This document shows, piece by piece, positions 11,525 through 24,976 of a stretch of DNA of 64,000 nt. Location of the stretch: contig NW_021832374.1 of the NCBI RefSeq assembly GCF_006345805.1, positions 1 to 64,000 of the forward strand. Direction: 5' to 3'. Under the pieces are notes generated by a model. That model saw nothing but the letters and a program-made list of their open reading frames with translations. It had not been told where the DNA came from and made no database searches. The translations under genes were made by a program, and so were the position numbers. The DNA comes from Octopus sinensis (taxonomy: Eukaryota). How positions within the stretch are numbered: position 1 is the stretch's first letter; the number at the start of each line of letters is the position of its first letter.

Positions 11525-12856
11525 CTGATGAGCAAATAATGCAGGAATATAACCGGTTTTCGTCTCTAAGCAGGCTCTTCGACGATAATATAGAAGAGTG
11601 TGTAATTTGGTGCGCAGAGAGGCGGTGATCTCTAACACAATGAATGCGTTCGCTGTAAAGTAAGACCTATGTTCTCACAAATAGAGACGCTGTCGTTTAT
11701 CTAAGTCAAAAAAAAGCGTGGACAACGCAATTTGGTTATGCATTCAATGCAATACTTCTCGAAGTATAAGAACAAACAGCTGGTTTTCCAGTAAGTCATC
11801 CTTAAACTAATTTTAGGAAGTCATTTACCGTTAGCGAAAATTTTGATGCTTACATATATGTGGGCATTAAATTACCCAGGAAATCTCATCTCGTACGAAC
11901 TAGAAATTTCGCAAAATACGATTACTGATTGGACGAACTTTTGCAGAGAACTTATTACGGTGTCTCTTGCAAATGCTCCTATTCAACTTGGGGGACTTGT
12001 GGTTAATGAAGATAGATTACGTAATTCATTTAATTTTAATTTTTAGAAGAGTCGATTGTGGAAATCGAAGAGTTCCATCGAGGTCATTTGCGAACAGGCA
12101 ATTGGGTATTAGGAGGAATAGACAGGGAAACAAAAAAGTGCTTTTTTGAAGAAGTTGCAGGTTCTTTTTTCCATTTATCCTTTAGACAGAACAGCGGAAA
12201 CACTTAATGAAGTCATAGTTCGACGCGTACTTCCCGGCACCCATATCATTACTGATGGTTGGGCAGCCTATAATGGGATTGCGCAGATTGGAGGAGGGAT
12301 TTATTCACATTCTGTGATAAATCACTCCGAGCATTTTGTTGACCCTTTGGACAGCTCCGTCCATACTCAAAATATTAAGAACACATGGATGCGAGCGAAG
12401 AGAAAGCTAAAAAGGCAATTTGGTAAAAACTTGTAAATTTATTTTAGGAACATCGCGATCGTTATTTGAGTCTTATTTGGACGAATTCACGTGGCAGACC
12501 TCGTTAGTTGATAAAGAGAAGATATTCCAAGAATTTCTGCTCCTAATAGTTAACAAATACGATTTTTCGGCTTAATTTTTATTCTTAAAAAAATATGAAA
12601 ATCCAATAGACAATCCCATTAAAATTAAATTAAAAAATAATGAAAAAATAATTTAAGTCTATTCTTTATACGTCGAGATTTATACATTGACTAAAATTGT
12701 AGATTACCCACATAGGTCGATATCATGCTTGATCAAAAAGGGGTTTAGTTCTGTTGATTTTCCAATGTCACAGTGACTGTCAAAATTAATTTCATTGATT
12801 TCTAATCAATGATCGATATAATAATATAAAATTTATTAAAATCAAATCGTCTATGC

Positions 12857-14685
12857 CAGGCCTGGCCAACCCAAATCGCATCGCGGGCCACTTTGTCCAA
12901 ATGAATCCTTTCCGCGGGCCGCATATACATGTACATACTAAGGATAGATATCAAAACAACACAGATAAGATTTTATTTAGTAAAATAGCATTCAGTCCAA
13001 TTATACGTATCAATGAGAAATCTGTTTTTCTTTATCTTCACTTAATTTTTTCAAATCAACTTCACAATTACTAGTTGCACATCTTAATTGGTTTTCTAAG
13101 TTTTTATCTGTTAAAGAAGATCTACATCTACTTTTACTAAACTTTAATTTCGAAAAGAATGATTCACATACGTAAGTAGATCCAAAGGAGCTTACAACTC
13201 TTTGTGCAAAAATTCTTAAGTTGGGATATTTTTCTGCAGTCACATATTTGTTATAAAAGTCAATTTTGGATATAGTAGGATAAACAAGTCTTAGTTCACT
13301 GTTGCACTGTAGGTCAATTATTTCCGTCTGCAAAGTATTTGAAACAATAGAAACGTCAACATGAAATGGAGAAGAAAATGTTTCAAACATTTTCTCATAT
13401 TTTTTTAGTTCCGAGAATCGACTGTCAAATGCTGCAGCAAGATTTTTTATTTCATCAGCGTACTTGAAGAAATTTTTACAATGGCTGATTTTAAATTGAT
13501 TTAGCGTTGGAAAATGTTGATCATTTCCATTTCTTATTTGACATTCAAACAATGACAATTTCATTCGAAATGCTTTGACTTGATGGCATGCATTAGTAAT
13601 CAAATTATCCTGTCCTTGTAACTCCTTGTTTAATTGATTAATTGTGTTGATGTATCAAGCAGTGTATTACAAATAAATCATTTTTTATGCTTCTTGACTC
13701 CATCTCATCCATTATTAGCTTTACAACTCCTTTATTTCTTCCAATCATAGCCGGCGCCCCATCTGTTGTCAATCCAGCAAGGGTCTCTAAATTCGCTCCA
13801 TTGTCGGATAAACATTTCATAACAGCTTGGAAAATATCTTCGCCCTTTGTAGTATCTTTCAAACTGACAAGGTTAAGCATTTCTTGTTTCACTTGAAAAG
13901 ATTCGGTAACTCCACGAATATATACTACAAGTTGAGACGTGTCTGATATATCCGTGCATTCGTCAAGGCCAAAGAATAACTTTTGAAATATTTTATTTGA
14001 TCACGCAAAGTCACCACAATTTCATTTGAAATGTCATTAACCCTGCGACATATGGTTTGACGTGACAAGCTAATGTTTGAAAACTTTTTAGTTTTATCTG
14101 GCAAAATGTCTTTCACGACAGCATCCAAACACTCTTTTACGAATTCTCCATCCGAAAATGATTTCATTCTCTTTGAAATTATCATTGCAACAGAGTAGCT
14201 TGCTTTAACAGTATCAGAAGAAGAGTGTATCGATGAATTTAATAGTCTTTGCTGATTTCTCAATTAAGATTTAAGCGAATCCAGTTTCCTTGTTTCAATT
14301 CCTTACTAAATTTCGCGTATTCGGAATGCTTTGTTTCATAATGTCTTCTTACATTGTACTCTTTCACCACCGATACTTTCTCCTTGCAAATTAAACATGT
14401 TGGCTTGGATTATGCATTATAAAAAAGTAATCTTCTTCCCAATGATTGCTGAATTGCCTGTTTTCTTCAAAAATTTTCCTTTTCTTCATATTGATAACAG
14501 CTACAAAAATAGATAAACTTTAAAATTTATTAAACTTATAAAATTTATCTTTATTTATTAAACTTAAGAAAAATTTATCTTGAATGTATTTATAGGTTAA
14601 CTACATACAAAATTTCTCTCGCGGGCCGCACCAAACTCCATCGCGGGCCGCATGCGGCCCGCGGGCCTTGGGTTGGCCAGCCCTG
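12857..14685 (-). mobile_element. hAT (GTF2IRD2/SPIN-like) element with internally deleted, frameshifted transposase
   Basis: TIRs CAGG(C/G)CTGGCCAACCC; TSD GTCTATGC (12849-12856 / 14686-14693). Motifs EYNVRRHYETKH, FSDGEFVKEC, TDGAPAMIG, HCLIHQ and FGSTYVCESFFS. Confidence 0.9.
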
Positions 14686-14789
14686 GTCTATGCTTTTTTA
14701 ACTTGATTCATATTAATTATTTTACATTTCCCCGAACGTGTCTTAATCTGATAATAATAAAATATACCATTAGTGACCTCATCAAGCTG

Positions 14790-14966
14790 AACCTGGGCCC
14801 GTCAGCGACTGCTCCGCCAAAAACGGCCTGCCGCCCTGTGCTTGTGTGGGCTCGTGGAAAGACCACCGAGCGAGGATGAGGTCCCTGGTTGAGTGCATCG
14901 GGATCACGTGACATTTGTTCGGTTTTTAGCGTGGTCTTGGTGTTTTAATAAATAAAAAATAAATTA
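14790..14966 (+). mobile_element. 3'-terminal LINE family B fragment with A-rich tail
   Basis: Encodes CACVGSWKDHRARMRSLVECIGIT* followed by AATAAATAAAAAATA. Confidence 0.65.
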
Positions 14967-14989
14967 GTCGATTGTATGACAAAATTTGA

Positions 14990-17800
14990 ATAATTTCAGC
15001 TGGTTCTCCGTATGGGGATTCAAATCTGTTTAGCTTAAGATTTGACCCATAATCGTTGAGATAACTCTTTAGCCATTTGAATGTTTTTTCACCTGCACCA
15101 GTCTCCAAAACTTTTTCCAGAAGTCCAAGGTGCCAGACGCAGTCAAAAGCCTTAGATAAATCCAAGCACATAGCGGTCGTGCAAGATTTATTGCGTATTG
15201 CCCAAGAAAGTTCCCTTTCTAGAACCTTCAGGCAGTTTCCCGTGGATTTGCCAGGACGAAAACCCCATGTACATCGCAAAGCAGATTATTCTTTTCAACA
15301 TGTAATGAGAGTCTTTCAAAAATTATTTTCTCCATAATCTTCGAAAAAGCCCAGATCAGGCTTATAGGTCTGTAGTTTTCTGCTAGGAGACTTGTTTTCC
15401 CAGGTTTTGAGATTATACGAACGACTGTGCCCTTCCAGGTGGGCGGAAGATAACCAATGGTAAAACTAGCGTTGAAAAGCATAGTTTGAGGCCGTAGGAG
15501 GATCTTCGGAGCCTTCTTAAGAAGTAACACAAGTATGTAGTCGAATCCAGGGGCCTTGTTTTTCAGCCCTGCTATCGCTTCTTGTGTCTCTTTTTCGGTA
15601 ATAGCCTCGCATAGAGGTCTATTCACAAGATTTAAAAATTCTAGCCTTGAAGCGACTTTCTTAAAGGTCTTTTGTGGAATAATTGATTCAGATTCGACTT
15701 CTTGGGTTTTCCAGGAATTCGACAATTGATGACCTTAGATAGGCATCGAGGTCGTCGATATCCTTTATGGTCCGAAGAGGAAGGAGCACGATAGTATTAA
15801 GTACCAAGCGCATGGAGTACTCAAATAGATGCCAATCCACATTCGACAGATTATATCCAATAAACACGTCTTCTGTCAGATTTATTATTTTCGTCCTTAG
15901 CCTCAATGATTGCGGGATGTGATCACTTCCTACATCCACCTCGATTGTCGGACGATCACAGAGTGGAGTAATAGACGCCGAGGAGAAAAAAATTCCAAGG
16001 CGATCCGGTCTGGTTTAGCTCTTCGGACGTCCATATCGAAAAACCGAGATTTCGAGACAAACTCTCAAGAACTTCTCCGTCCGTATTGGTTGCTTCACAC
16101 CTATAGACAATATTCTTTGCGTTCAGGTCACCGGCTAGGATAGCCAGATTGTTCTCTTCAAAAAATGTCCTAACAACCGCCGGGTAGCTTTTCAAAGCCT
16201 TTGAATACATTCCTCCACAGTAACCCAGCCAACGGCTGTAAGTAGTTCGAACGATATAAGTTCACAGGACTTGTCTTCAATAATCTTTCCGTTTTTGACC
16301 CTCATACTTCCATTATAGAAGACAGAAGTTCCTGCTACTGCGTTTTCCAAGGGATATTAAGGGATTTGTAGCCTTCAAATTAAATTTTATTTGATCCCTT
16401 CAGCTTCGTCTCGTTAACAATCAATACGTCCGTTTTCGCTGAAGCTAGCAGAAACCTCAGCTCCGTTACCCGTCTCGTGAGTGAGCGGGCATTTAGAATT
16501 GTCAGAATGGGTGGCCGACCTCCCGTGGGAGCGCCACCTTTTTCGGTAAAGGGCGCTTGCTAGCTTTCCATTTGCTACCCACTTCAGCCGGCTCTAGTGG
16601 CGTCCCATCGTCCTCCAGCCGGGCTTCGGGACTTGGCAGCTGAACTCCAGAAATCGCTACCGCAGTTTTCTTCACTGCTCTCGTTTTCGGGTGGCGGGTT
16701 TTGTTTCTAGGCATGGGTCCGTTTGGATTCCCGTATTAATGAATTAGGTCTGAGTTCCGGCTTCCATCCGGTTCTTGACAATGTCGTCAGTTTGAACACC
16801 AATATCGCATTTTTTGGGGGATTTGTGGTCAATTAGATGAGTTCTCTTCTGTGTGCTGATAGCACCATGCGTAACAGATTCCGGATCAATTAACTTCTCC
16901 GACCAAGGGGCCTTCATGCCAGACATTTGTTTTGCATTTACACGATTTCCCTTAGTGTGAGGGATTTCCAGTTTCTTCTTTATCGATTGTTTCGCCACCG
17001 GACAGCCCAACCAGTTCGCCCGGTGTCCATGTGATCCGCAGTTGATGCACGGGAGTTTGACGTGTGTTCCAATCGTACATTGGATGCGATCGTGAGCCTC
17101 ACCGCACAACAAACAGCGCACTGCCTCCTTACAGTATAACGAGATGTGTCCAAATTTGTAACATCGATAGCATTGCCTCTCAGGCTTTTTGTACCAGGTA
17201 AAACAGATTTGGTTGAAGCCAATTTTGAGACTTAGGGTGATCAACGACTGTGCTTCGTTTCTGTCCTAGATAGTAAGCTTGGCGAGAGGCAGATATTTCC
17301 AATTATGACTAAATCTCTCCAGTTTGAACCCTAGTGATAGCACTTTCAACAAAAGCCTGTGTAGATCCTCGTTATCGACCCAAAAAGGTAAATTCCTCAT
17401 CATTAAAATTGAATCCCTGGGTGTCCAGTGCTTTATTGTGTGCCCATTGTCACCAAAAGGGAGTTTCATTTCCCAATCGTTTTTAAAAGACACGAAATCC
17501 AGTTCAGAATTAAAGACAAGTTCGTATGAAACATCAAAGCGTCGGGAGATTCTTGCCTTGAGGGCAATTTTCGAATTACAGATAATATTGGCTACCTCAA
17601 TTGAATCCAAAGAGGTGTTTGACACACGTACAATTATCGACACTTTCGAATTTTCGTGTTTGAAATTTACATTAATTTTGCTTTTTCCTGAACCAGAAAC
17701 GAAATGCACCATTTTACGACACTGGCAATCCGATGAATTTAAATTCGGTGGAGAAAAATTCAATACAAAATCATTATGATCCAAGTTTTCTAGCATACTT
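14990..17800 (-). mobile_element. I/Jockey-like LINE: ORF1 (CCHC knuckles), APE endonuclease and RT broken off mid-domain; multiple stops
   Basis: CYRCYKFGHISLYC...CINCGSHGH; ILNARSL..ET, AGDLNAKN, GSDHIP; APGFD, NYRPISL, LDLSKAFDCVWH. Confidence 0.88.
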
Positions 17801-17939
17801 TATACAAAATTTGCCTGAAACATCTGAAATATTTTCTACATTCAAATCCTCAGATGATAGTGGATAAAAATCATCCAAACTCTCACTTTCTGTAAAATTT
17901 AAAAAAATTAACAAACTTTTATGTTCATGAATGACTGTG

Positions 17940-19700
17940 TTTATACCAGAAACTCCTCTCAGTTTTTTAAATGCTGTTTCGTTTATAAAAGAATGAATAT
18001 TTGTGTTATATATAAAAGTGCTTCGTTTAATAAATTGGATCCAATTTTAAGTTGATTCTTCACTCATCAGCTTTGAAGGATTTCGTGTCAAAGTTTGATT
18101 AAACCTTTCCACGATACCCTAAACAGATAAATATTGTATCATTAATTTTGATTGAGGATGATTTGGTCTTCCATAAACATGTTTGATTTTGTTTTTAAAA
18201 CAGAAAGAATCAAGATAATTATTCTTAAACTCCGTTCCATTATCTGTTTGTAGAATCTTACAAAAGCCGATTTCTAATCAAATTTCTTTAAATCCTTCAC
18301 AAATATCTAAATTCAATATCCGATTTAAATATACATACTGGAGATTTATTTTTAATTTCTTTACAGATTGCATACTTACTGTAGACATCAATGACTGTAA
18401 ATATCTATTTGTAGCCATCATTTGAATCGTTAAATTTTTTAACGTCTATAACAGCGGTTCTCAACCGTGGTCCCCAGAAAATTTTTAGTGGTCCCCAGAA
18501 ATTTTCGAAAAATAAAAATATACTAAAGTTAAAACTAATTGTACAATTAAGTATAAATCAAAAACATTGAAATTAATCAAGCGGTTCTCAATCGTGGTCC
18601 CCAGGAATTTTCGAAAAATAACAATATATTAAATTTAAAACTAATTGTACAATTAAGTATAAATCAAAAACATTGAAATTAATCTAATTTTATTTGCGTG
18701 GTTTATCATTCTAGTTATGGTTAACAAGAATCGTCATCTTTGGTTGGATTCTTACGTACAATTTGGATTCACTAAATTCATTGCCCCAAATAATGAAATA
18801 AAGGCAAAATGCATGATTTGCCATAAAATTTTGGGAAACAATTCACTGAAACCTTCTCAACTTAGGCGCCACAAAGAGTCTGTACACCCAGAAAATTCTT
18901 CCTCACATGAATATTTTAAAGTCAAAAGAACGAAGTTTGATTCACAGTCAAAGCTTGAGTGGTTTAATAAATCTCAAGATAAACCGAGATTAGAAGCATC
19001 ATATGCTGTAATTTTAATTTATATCTAAAACAAATAGGTCTTAATGATTATCTTAAAAAACAAAGCTGCACATAATTCTGGTGAAAAGTTAATCAAACCA
19101 GCGGCTCTTGAAATGGCTCGAATTTTGTTTGGTCCGGATGCAGTTACCAAACTTAAGGACATACCATTATCCAACGATTCAATTTCCCGTAGAATTTCAG
19201 AATTGTCATCTGATATCCTGAAGCAATTAATTGAAAGAATCAATAAAAGTAAATGCAGAATAAGTATTCAATTGGACGAGTCAACTGACATTTCTAACGT
19301 CTGTCAGCTTGTCTCCTATGTTCGCTTTGTTGATGATGAGAATATTATTGATGAGTTTTTACTATTAAATTTTCTGTTATTTTCATAATGTTCATGCTAT
19401 TTTTATAATAAATATTCGAACATGTCTAAACCTGGCTCTGACGAGGCCAAAAATTGTGCGCTAATACCAAAAAATGTTTATTTTATTTAAGGTGGTCCCC
19501 ACAAAATTTTATAGTGCAAAAGTGGTCCCCAGTCTAAAAAAGGTTGAGAACCGCTGGTCTATAAGGTCTGCTTGGAATCGTTTTCACTTTTATTATGCAT
19601 GAAAATAACTAATTTGTGCTTTTAAAATCTTTCTATTTGAGGTATAAGCGGTCATTGACAACAATAAATTTGGTAAATTTTTTGTTAATTTATATTTTAT
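17940..19700 (-). mobile_element. Degenerate Ginger/KRBA2-like integrase, split by the hAT at 18452-19556
   Basis: Joining across the TSD gives RFQADLIDV; then TVIDVYSKYA, LQTDNGTEFKN, GRPNHPQS..GIVERFNQTL. Intron-like AT-rich segments are present. Confidence 0.75.
18452..19556 (+). mobile_element. Non-autonomous hAT (Charlie/ZBED5-like), 5' part of transposase with a 30-nt intron at 19008-19037
   Basis: 15-bp TIR CAGCGGTTCTCAACC; TSD GTCTATAA (18444-18451 / 19557-19564). Motifs CMICHKILGNNSLKPSQLRRH, EKLIKPAA, IPLSNDSISRRI and QLDESTD. Confidence 0.92.
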
Positions 19701-20169
19701 CTGCTTTGAGAATGTCTGTAAAGGTTCGCCATTTAAGATAGTCACTACAGATTGATATTCTACGATATTTTTTACAAAACCTATTATTTATATATAGGGA
19801 GAAACATTTTAAAGAGGACATGTTTAAAATTAAGAAATAGCGTTAAAAAAGGATTAAATATGTCCCATGATAAAAACCACATTAATTATGACATCTGACA
19901 GCCAATGACCTCGTAAAAATGATCTGTTGACAGGTGACATGTAGCTAGCATGGAACGCGACATATTATTTTTTTCGGAGTTGCTATTTTTTATGTTATGC
20001 CGCAAAGTTGTACCAGATTATCAATTAATGAGAAGATCTGAATTTTTACATTTATCAATAATATTGTGAACCTCCCTCCAAGCAGAATTGCAAGAATTTT
20101 CACAACGTCTCTAGAAAAGAATATTTCTCGAAGAGCCATTAACGATCTTAAGAAAAATAACACCTTTTA

Positions 20170-23100
20170 ATATGTGACATGGGCAACGCGTTATGCATGG
20201 GCAACCGGTTACATTTTTGACCTTTTAATGTCAAAATTTTTGTTGTTGTTGCGAACACGTTGTTGTAGTGGTGTCTTAATTTACAATTACAATTTACACA
20301 ATGGGGAAAGACCTGGCACCCTACCCCGTTTCTTCTTTTTGCCTTGCAAATTCTTCTGACAAACCTTTCACGGATCTTTCTGCCCAAATTGTCAATAACG
20401 TTAACCCTTTTCCTACTAATGTGCGCATTGCGGATTCTCACAAAATTGCAACGTGGAATGTAAGAGGACTTAGTTCCGGGAAATTGGACATTGTAAAATC
20501 TGAAATGCGTCGTTTAAATATTGACTTACTTGGCATAAGTGAAATCCACTGGAAAAACAATGGTTGTTTTCAGTCTGATGATTTCGTGATCTATTATTCT
20601 GGCAATGAACATCTGAAAAGAAATGGTGTCGCTTTCATTACTTCGAAAAAATTTTCCCATTTCATTGAAAGTCATACAATTATCAGCGATCGTATTATTC
20701 TTATCCACGTGCGTGGAAAACCACTGCATCTTACATTTATACAAGTTTATTGCTCAACAACTGCGGCAAACGATTATCAAATTAACACCTTCTATGATGA
20801 GCTCCAGGATTAATTGCGTAAGACGCCAAAGAATGCCGTAATTTACATAATGGGTGATTTCAATGCAAAAGTTGGTAGCCTCAAGCATAATGACACCGTT
20901 GGGAATTTTGGTCTGGGGCTAAGGAATGATGCTGGGGATCGCTTGATTCAGTTCTGCGAAGAAAATCGGTTCCGTATTACAAATACCTGTTTTCAACAAC
21001 CTAAGAGAAGACTATATACATGGACTTCTCCTGATGGAAAAACCAGAAATCAGATTGATTATATTCTATGCAGCAACCGGTAAAAGAGTTCCATGACTGC
21101 CATCAAGACTTTTCCCGGTGCAGATTGTGGATCGGACCATGAACTACTCGTTGCTAAAATTTGCGTCAGACTCAGTAGAATAAAACATGAAAAGCATGGA
21201 AGAAATTTAGACCTTCGAAATATCCCATCTGCCTTCTCCGCCCAGGTTGAAGAAAATTTCAAACTGTTGGATACTAACGGAGCTGCACCAGAGGTTCTGT
21301 TGCTTAGCGTAAAGTCGATCATCAACACTGCGGCAGAAAAACATCTGTCCATCAAAAAATCTGACTCTAAATGCGATTGGCTATCAGAAGATACTATTAA
21401 AATTGCCCTCTGTCGTAGAGAAGCAAAGGCTTCTGGCAGGAAAAAGGATGTCGTCTCTCTAAATGCCAAATTCCGCCATGCAATCAGGAAGGACAAAAAT
21501 GAGTACTGGCAAAAGTGTTGCACTCAGTTGGAGAATGACTTTAAGAAAGGGCTTTTCAGGAATGCTTTTACACAAGTGAGAAAATCACATACTCCTTTTA
21601 CTGCTCGGAAAGGAAAAGTCAACGACAGGGACGTCAGAGAGTTATTCAGCGGTCACAGCGTCCGAAACAGATGGAGGGAGTTCGTGGAAGAACTTTATTC
21701 TCCAGAATACAAAACTTCAGCACCTCATCATGGAACGCTCACTATCTTTCCGAACCCCGAAGATGATATCCGAGAAAGTGATGTTACATAAGCCGTAAAT
21801 GAATTGCCTTGCAACAAGGCGCCTGGGCCAGACAATATTTCAAGCGAGATGCTTAAGGCCATTCCTTTATAAGCAATCACAACTCTCTGCAAGAATATTT
21901 GGAAAACTGGTATTTGGCCTTCTGATTGGAAGAAATCAATATTTATTCTGTTGCCTAAAAAGGGCGACAGCAAAGTCTGCTCGAATTACCGCACAATTGC
22001 TCTCATATCTCATGTTAGCAAAATACTCCTGAAGTTAATAAAACAACGTCTATCTCCAATCTCAGAAAAGATTCTTTCAAATTACCAAGCCGGTTTTAGA
22101 CGTGGTCGTGGTACGAGAGATCACATCTCCAGCCTTCGATGGATTTTGGAAAAATCCCGTGAATCCCAGAAGCCTCTTTTCATGTGTTTCATTGACTATC
22201 GCAAGGCTTTTGATTGCGTATCTCACGTGTAACTTTGGTTCGTTCTGGAAGAATTTGGAATTCCTCATCATCTCATATCGATAATAAAATCTCTTTATAC
22301 TGACCAAGTGGGTTTTGTGCGGACCCCTTATGGAGACACAGACTGTTTCGGTATTGGGAGGGGCGTCCGAAAAGGCTGTATTCTATCCCCGCTACTGTTT
22401 AATATTTACACGGAGAAAGTCATGGAGGAGTTAAATTGCGAAAATGACATCGGAATCAAGATTGGTGGCCTCAACATAAATAATCTCCGTTATGCAGACG
22501 GTACTACTTTGCTGTCTGAAACAGAGAATGGCTTGAGGCAATTAATTACGAGAGTCAAAGACAACAGTGCCTCTTTTGGCTTATTCCTAAATGTGAAAAA
22601 AACCAAAATAATGACAACTTCACTGTCTAGAAAAATTAGTGTCATCGTCGACGACGAAGAAATAGAATGTGTTGAAAGTTATATGTTTCTTGGAAGTCTG
22701 ATAACCAGAGATAGGGTGGTGTCTCAGAAATTAATAGACGGATGGCTATGTGCAAGAGTACGATGATAAAACTGAATCGGATCTGGAGTAGCAAGGATGT
22801 TTCTCTCAAGACAAAGATAAGACTAGTCAACGCGATTGTGTTTCCCGTTTTTCTCTATGGTTGTGAATCTTGGACACTGTCCAAAGCTCACAGCAAAAGA
22901 GTGGACTCACTGGAATTATGGTGCTGGCGCAAACTTTTGAACATAAATTGGTACGAGAAAGTGTCAAATGTCGTTGTTCTCGGAAAGATTAAACCTACAC
23001 TGTCGCTTGTGGCGAAAGTTTGGAAGCAACAATTATCATATTTGGGGCACGTGCTTCGGGGGAATGGTATAGGAAAAGGAATCCTGCTGTCTTCGTTCGC

Positions 23101-23276
23101 TGGAAAAAGGAAGCAGGGTAGACCGAAACTAAACTGGACATCTGAAGTAGTGAAACTTACCGGACATCTTTTGTCGGAAATAGCAGTGCTGGTGGGGGAT
23201 AGAGCTTCGTGGAGGGACTTGTCTTACAGAATCGCCAATGGCCGGAATCGGCTGAATATGGCTTAACTTAACTTAA
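20170..23276 (+). mobile_element. Near full-length RTE-clade LINE (APE + RT) with stops and frameshifts
   Basis: IATWNVRGL, GDFNAKVG, NQIDYIL, GSDHELL, NYRTIALISH, FIDYRKAFD, QG-type GCILSP and LRYADG; (CTTAA)n tail at the 3' end. Confidence 0.9.
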
Positions 23277-23294
23277 TGTCAAAATTAGATCCTT

Positions 23295-23600
23295 AGTTAG
23301 TTAGTTACCCCGGCTTCTCTAGCATGTAGGAAGCCGGCTGCAATCAGGTAGCGGACAGCGGCGATCGGGCGCTCCAGAGATCCCGAATCCCAATAGGTGG
23401 CGACTGGCGAGGCGGTCCAGGACAGGAAAAAAGGTCTTCAGAGGCGAGGGTGCGGGGTGTTTCGAAAAAGAGTGGATGATGTCCCGAGCGAAGTCGTGCA
23501 AGCTGGACACGGAAGTACCTGTCGAGTGATTGCTCTGAAGGATGGACTGGTGGCGGGGGAGAATCAAAGAGTTTGTTATTTTTAAGCATCCTGATAGCAC
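23295..23600 (-). mobile_element. 3' fragment of an I/Jockey-like LINE (family A) with (ACTA)n tail
   Basis: RVQLARLRSGHHP...LFSCP...RDLWS, then AAVRYLIAAGFLH; lies tail-to-tail with the RTE. Confidence 0.65.
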
Positions 23601-23823
23601 GAGTTGAGATGTAATCGTGAATTAATTTCTTCCCAGTTTTCCCATTGTTCGTTAGATCCTTTGATTATCACAAATATTATTTTTATGCGCCAATTATAAA
23701 GTTTAACTATGCTTTGTATTGATTTAAGTTAGTTTTTGTTCAAGTAGTTAAATAATTTAAAAAAAGTTATTTTTTAAATGATGGTAAACCTAAACTTATT
23801 GGAAAATTTTTAAAGTACTAGAT

Positions 23824-24250
23824 TTGTTTCTTGTAATGGCTTTTTATAGAGGTTATGTCAAAGATTCTTCAGAGTATCGAATTTTAAAAGATGCTTTGGA
23901 AAATAAATTCCCGGAAGATTTTTCTAGGCAAGCAAAATATAGACTTGTAAAAAAGATCGAGAATTTTAAAATAATAAATGAAAGGTACTGTAGATTTACG
24001 ATTAATTCGCAGATTGTATCTCAAGTCTGACGATCCAAATCTCGTAATTACTTTGGACAATGAAACTGAAATGGATCATGTAGCTAAATCTCTACACGAA
24101 TATTCACACGGAGGAGTAAACAAGATTGAGTATTAGTGTCGACAAAGATACTTCATCGTTAAAAATGACATAATCAGAAAAGTCATTCGAAATTGTGAAG
24201 TATGTAAATTTGCCTGTCCATTGAAAGTTTTAAAAACACCGTCATAACCA
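23824..24250 (+). mobile_element. Ginger-like integrase N-terminal remnant (HHCC zinc domain) with a 28-nt intron at 23985-24012
   Basis: Spliced INERLYLK; LHEYSHGGVNKIE...RKVIRNCEVC. The NDRLYLK motif is shared with the 19.6 kb copy. Confidence 0.65.
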
Positions 24251-24261
24251 TAATTAACTAT

Positions 24262-24700
24262 TTCAGGTGATCCCAGCCTCTTTTAGAAACCTTCACATCT
24301 TTTCTCTGTGTTCTACTGCGCATTGTCTAAGAGGTCGGGGATCCCTAAAATGGACTTTTTTCCTGAGGTCTCCACCGTTTTCTTTCACGATTTCTTCTAG
24401 TCATTTTCGTTGGATTTTTTTCCCCGTGACATTTGCTAGGAGGTTTACAATCTCCATTTGAACATTGTCGATTTTTTAAACATATGTATATGCTTGATTG
24501 CTTCCCCATACTGTACATCCGTAACCAATTGTCGGTTTAATGTTTTGGGTATACAGAGACTCTAATCCGTAAGTTCTTTGGTGTCTTCCAAGTTTCAAAG
24601 AAATGCTTTAAGAAAGTTTAGTTTCTTAAAGTTTTGCATTGAGCCATATACACAGGTTGTTTATATTTTTCTGTAATCTTCTTGTAGCTTCGCTTTAATT
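24262..24700 (-). mobile_element. LINE family B 3' fragment
   Basis: LYTQNIKPTIGYGCTVWG...KIDNVQ; C-terminus CAVEHREKM*RFLKEAGIT*. Confidence 0.6.
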
Positions 24701-24976
24701 CTTTTTAATTTAAAGTTTTAATTCTTTTTAATTTTTAATGTAGGTTGGTGATATGAATAATCATATTTTTGCTTCCTCTCCGAATGAATGGTTTCAGCTA
24801 GATCCTGTAGATCTAAAAAAAGTTTTCAGTCTTAAATAATAATTACAAATGGATTTTAACAGTCATCTTTGTTTATAGTAGGTTAGTAGTGGGCTTTCAA
24901 CAACGTATTCAGATTTGCATTTGTCAGACCACTTTTCATAAATCTTCAACGAAGTATGCAACAACGTAAGATAACT

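Larger units (their letters stand above)
9525..12664 (+). mobile_element. Merlin (IS1016/ISXO2-like) DNA transposon with four 25-26 nt introns, disrupted by a hAT insertion
   Basis: Long imperfect TIRs at 9525-9612 and 12600-12664. ATG at 9599. Introns 11791-11816, 12021-12046, 12161-12185 and 12423-12447 restore NSWFSRSHL, GNWVLGGIDRETKKCFFEEVADRTAETL, IITDGWAAY, HTQNIKNTW and QFGTSRSLFESYLDEFTW. Confidence 0.85.
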
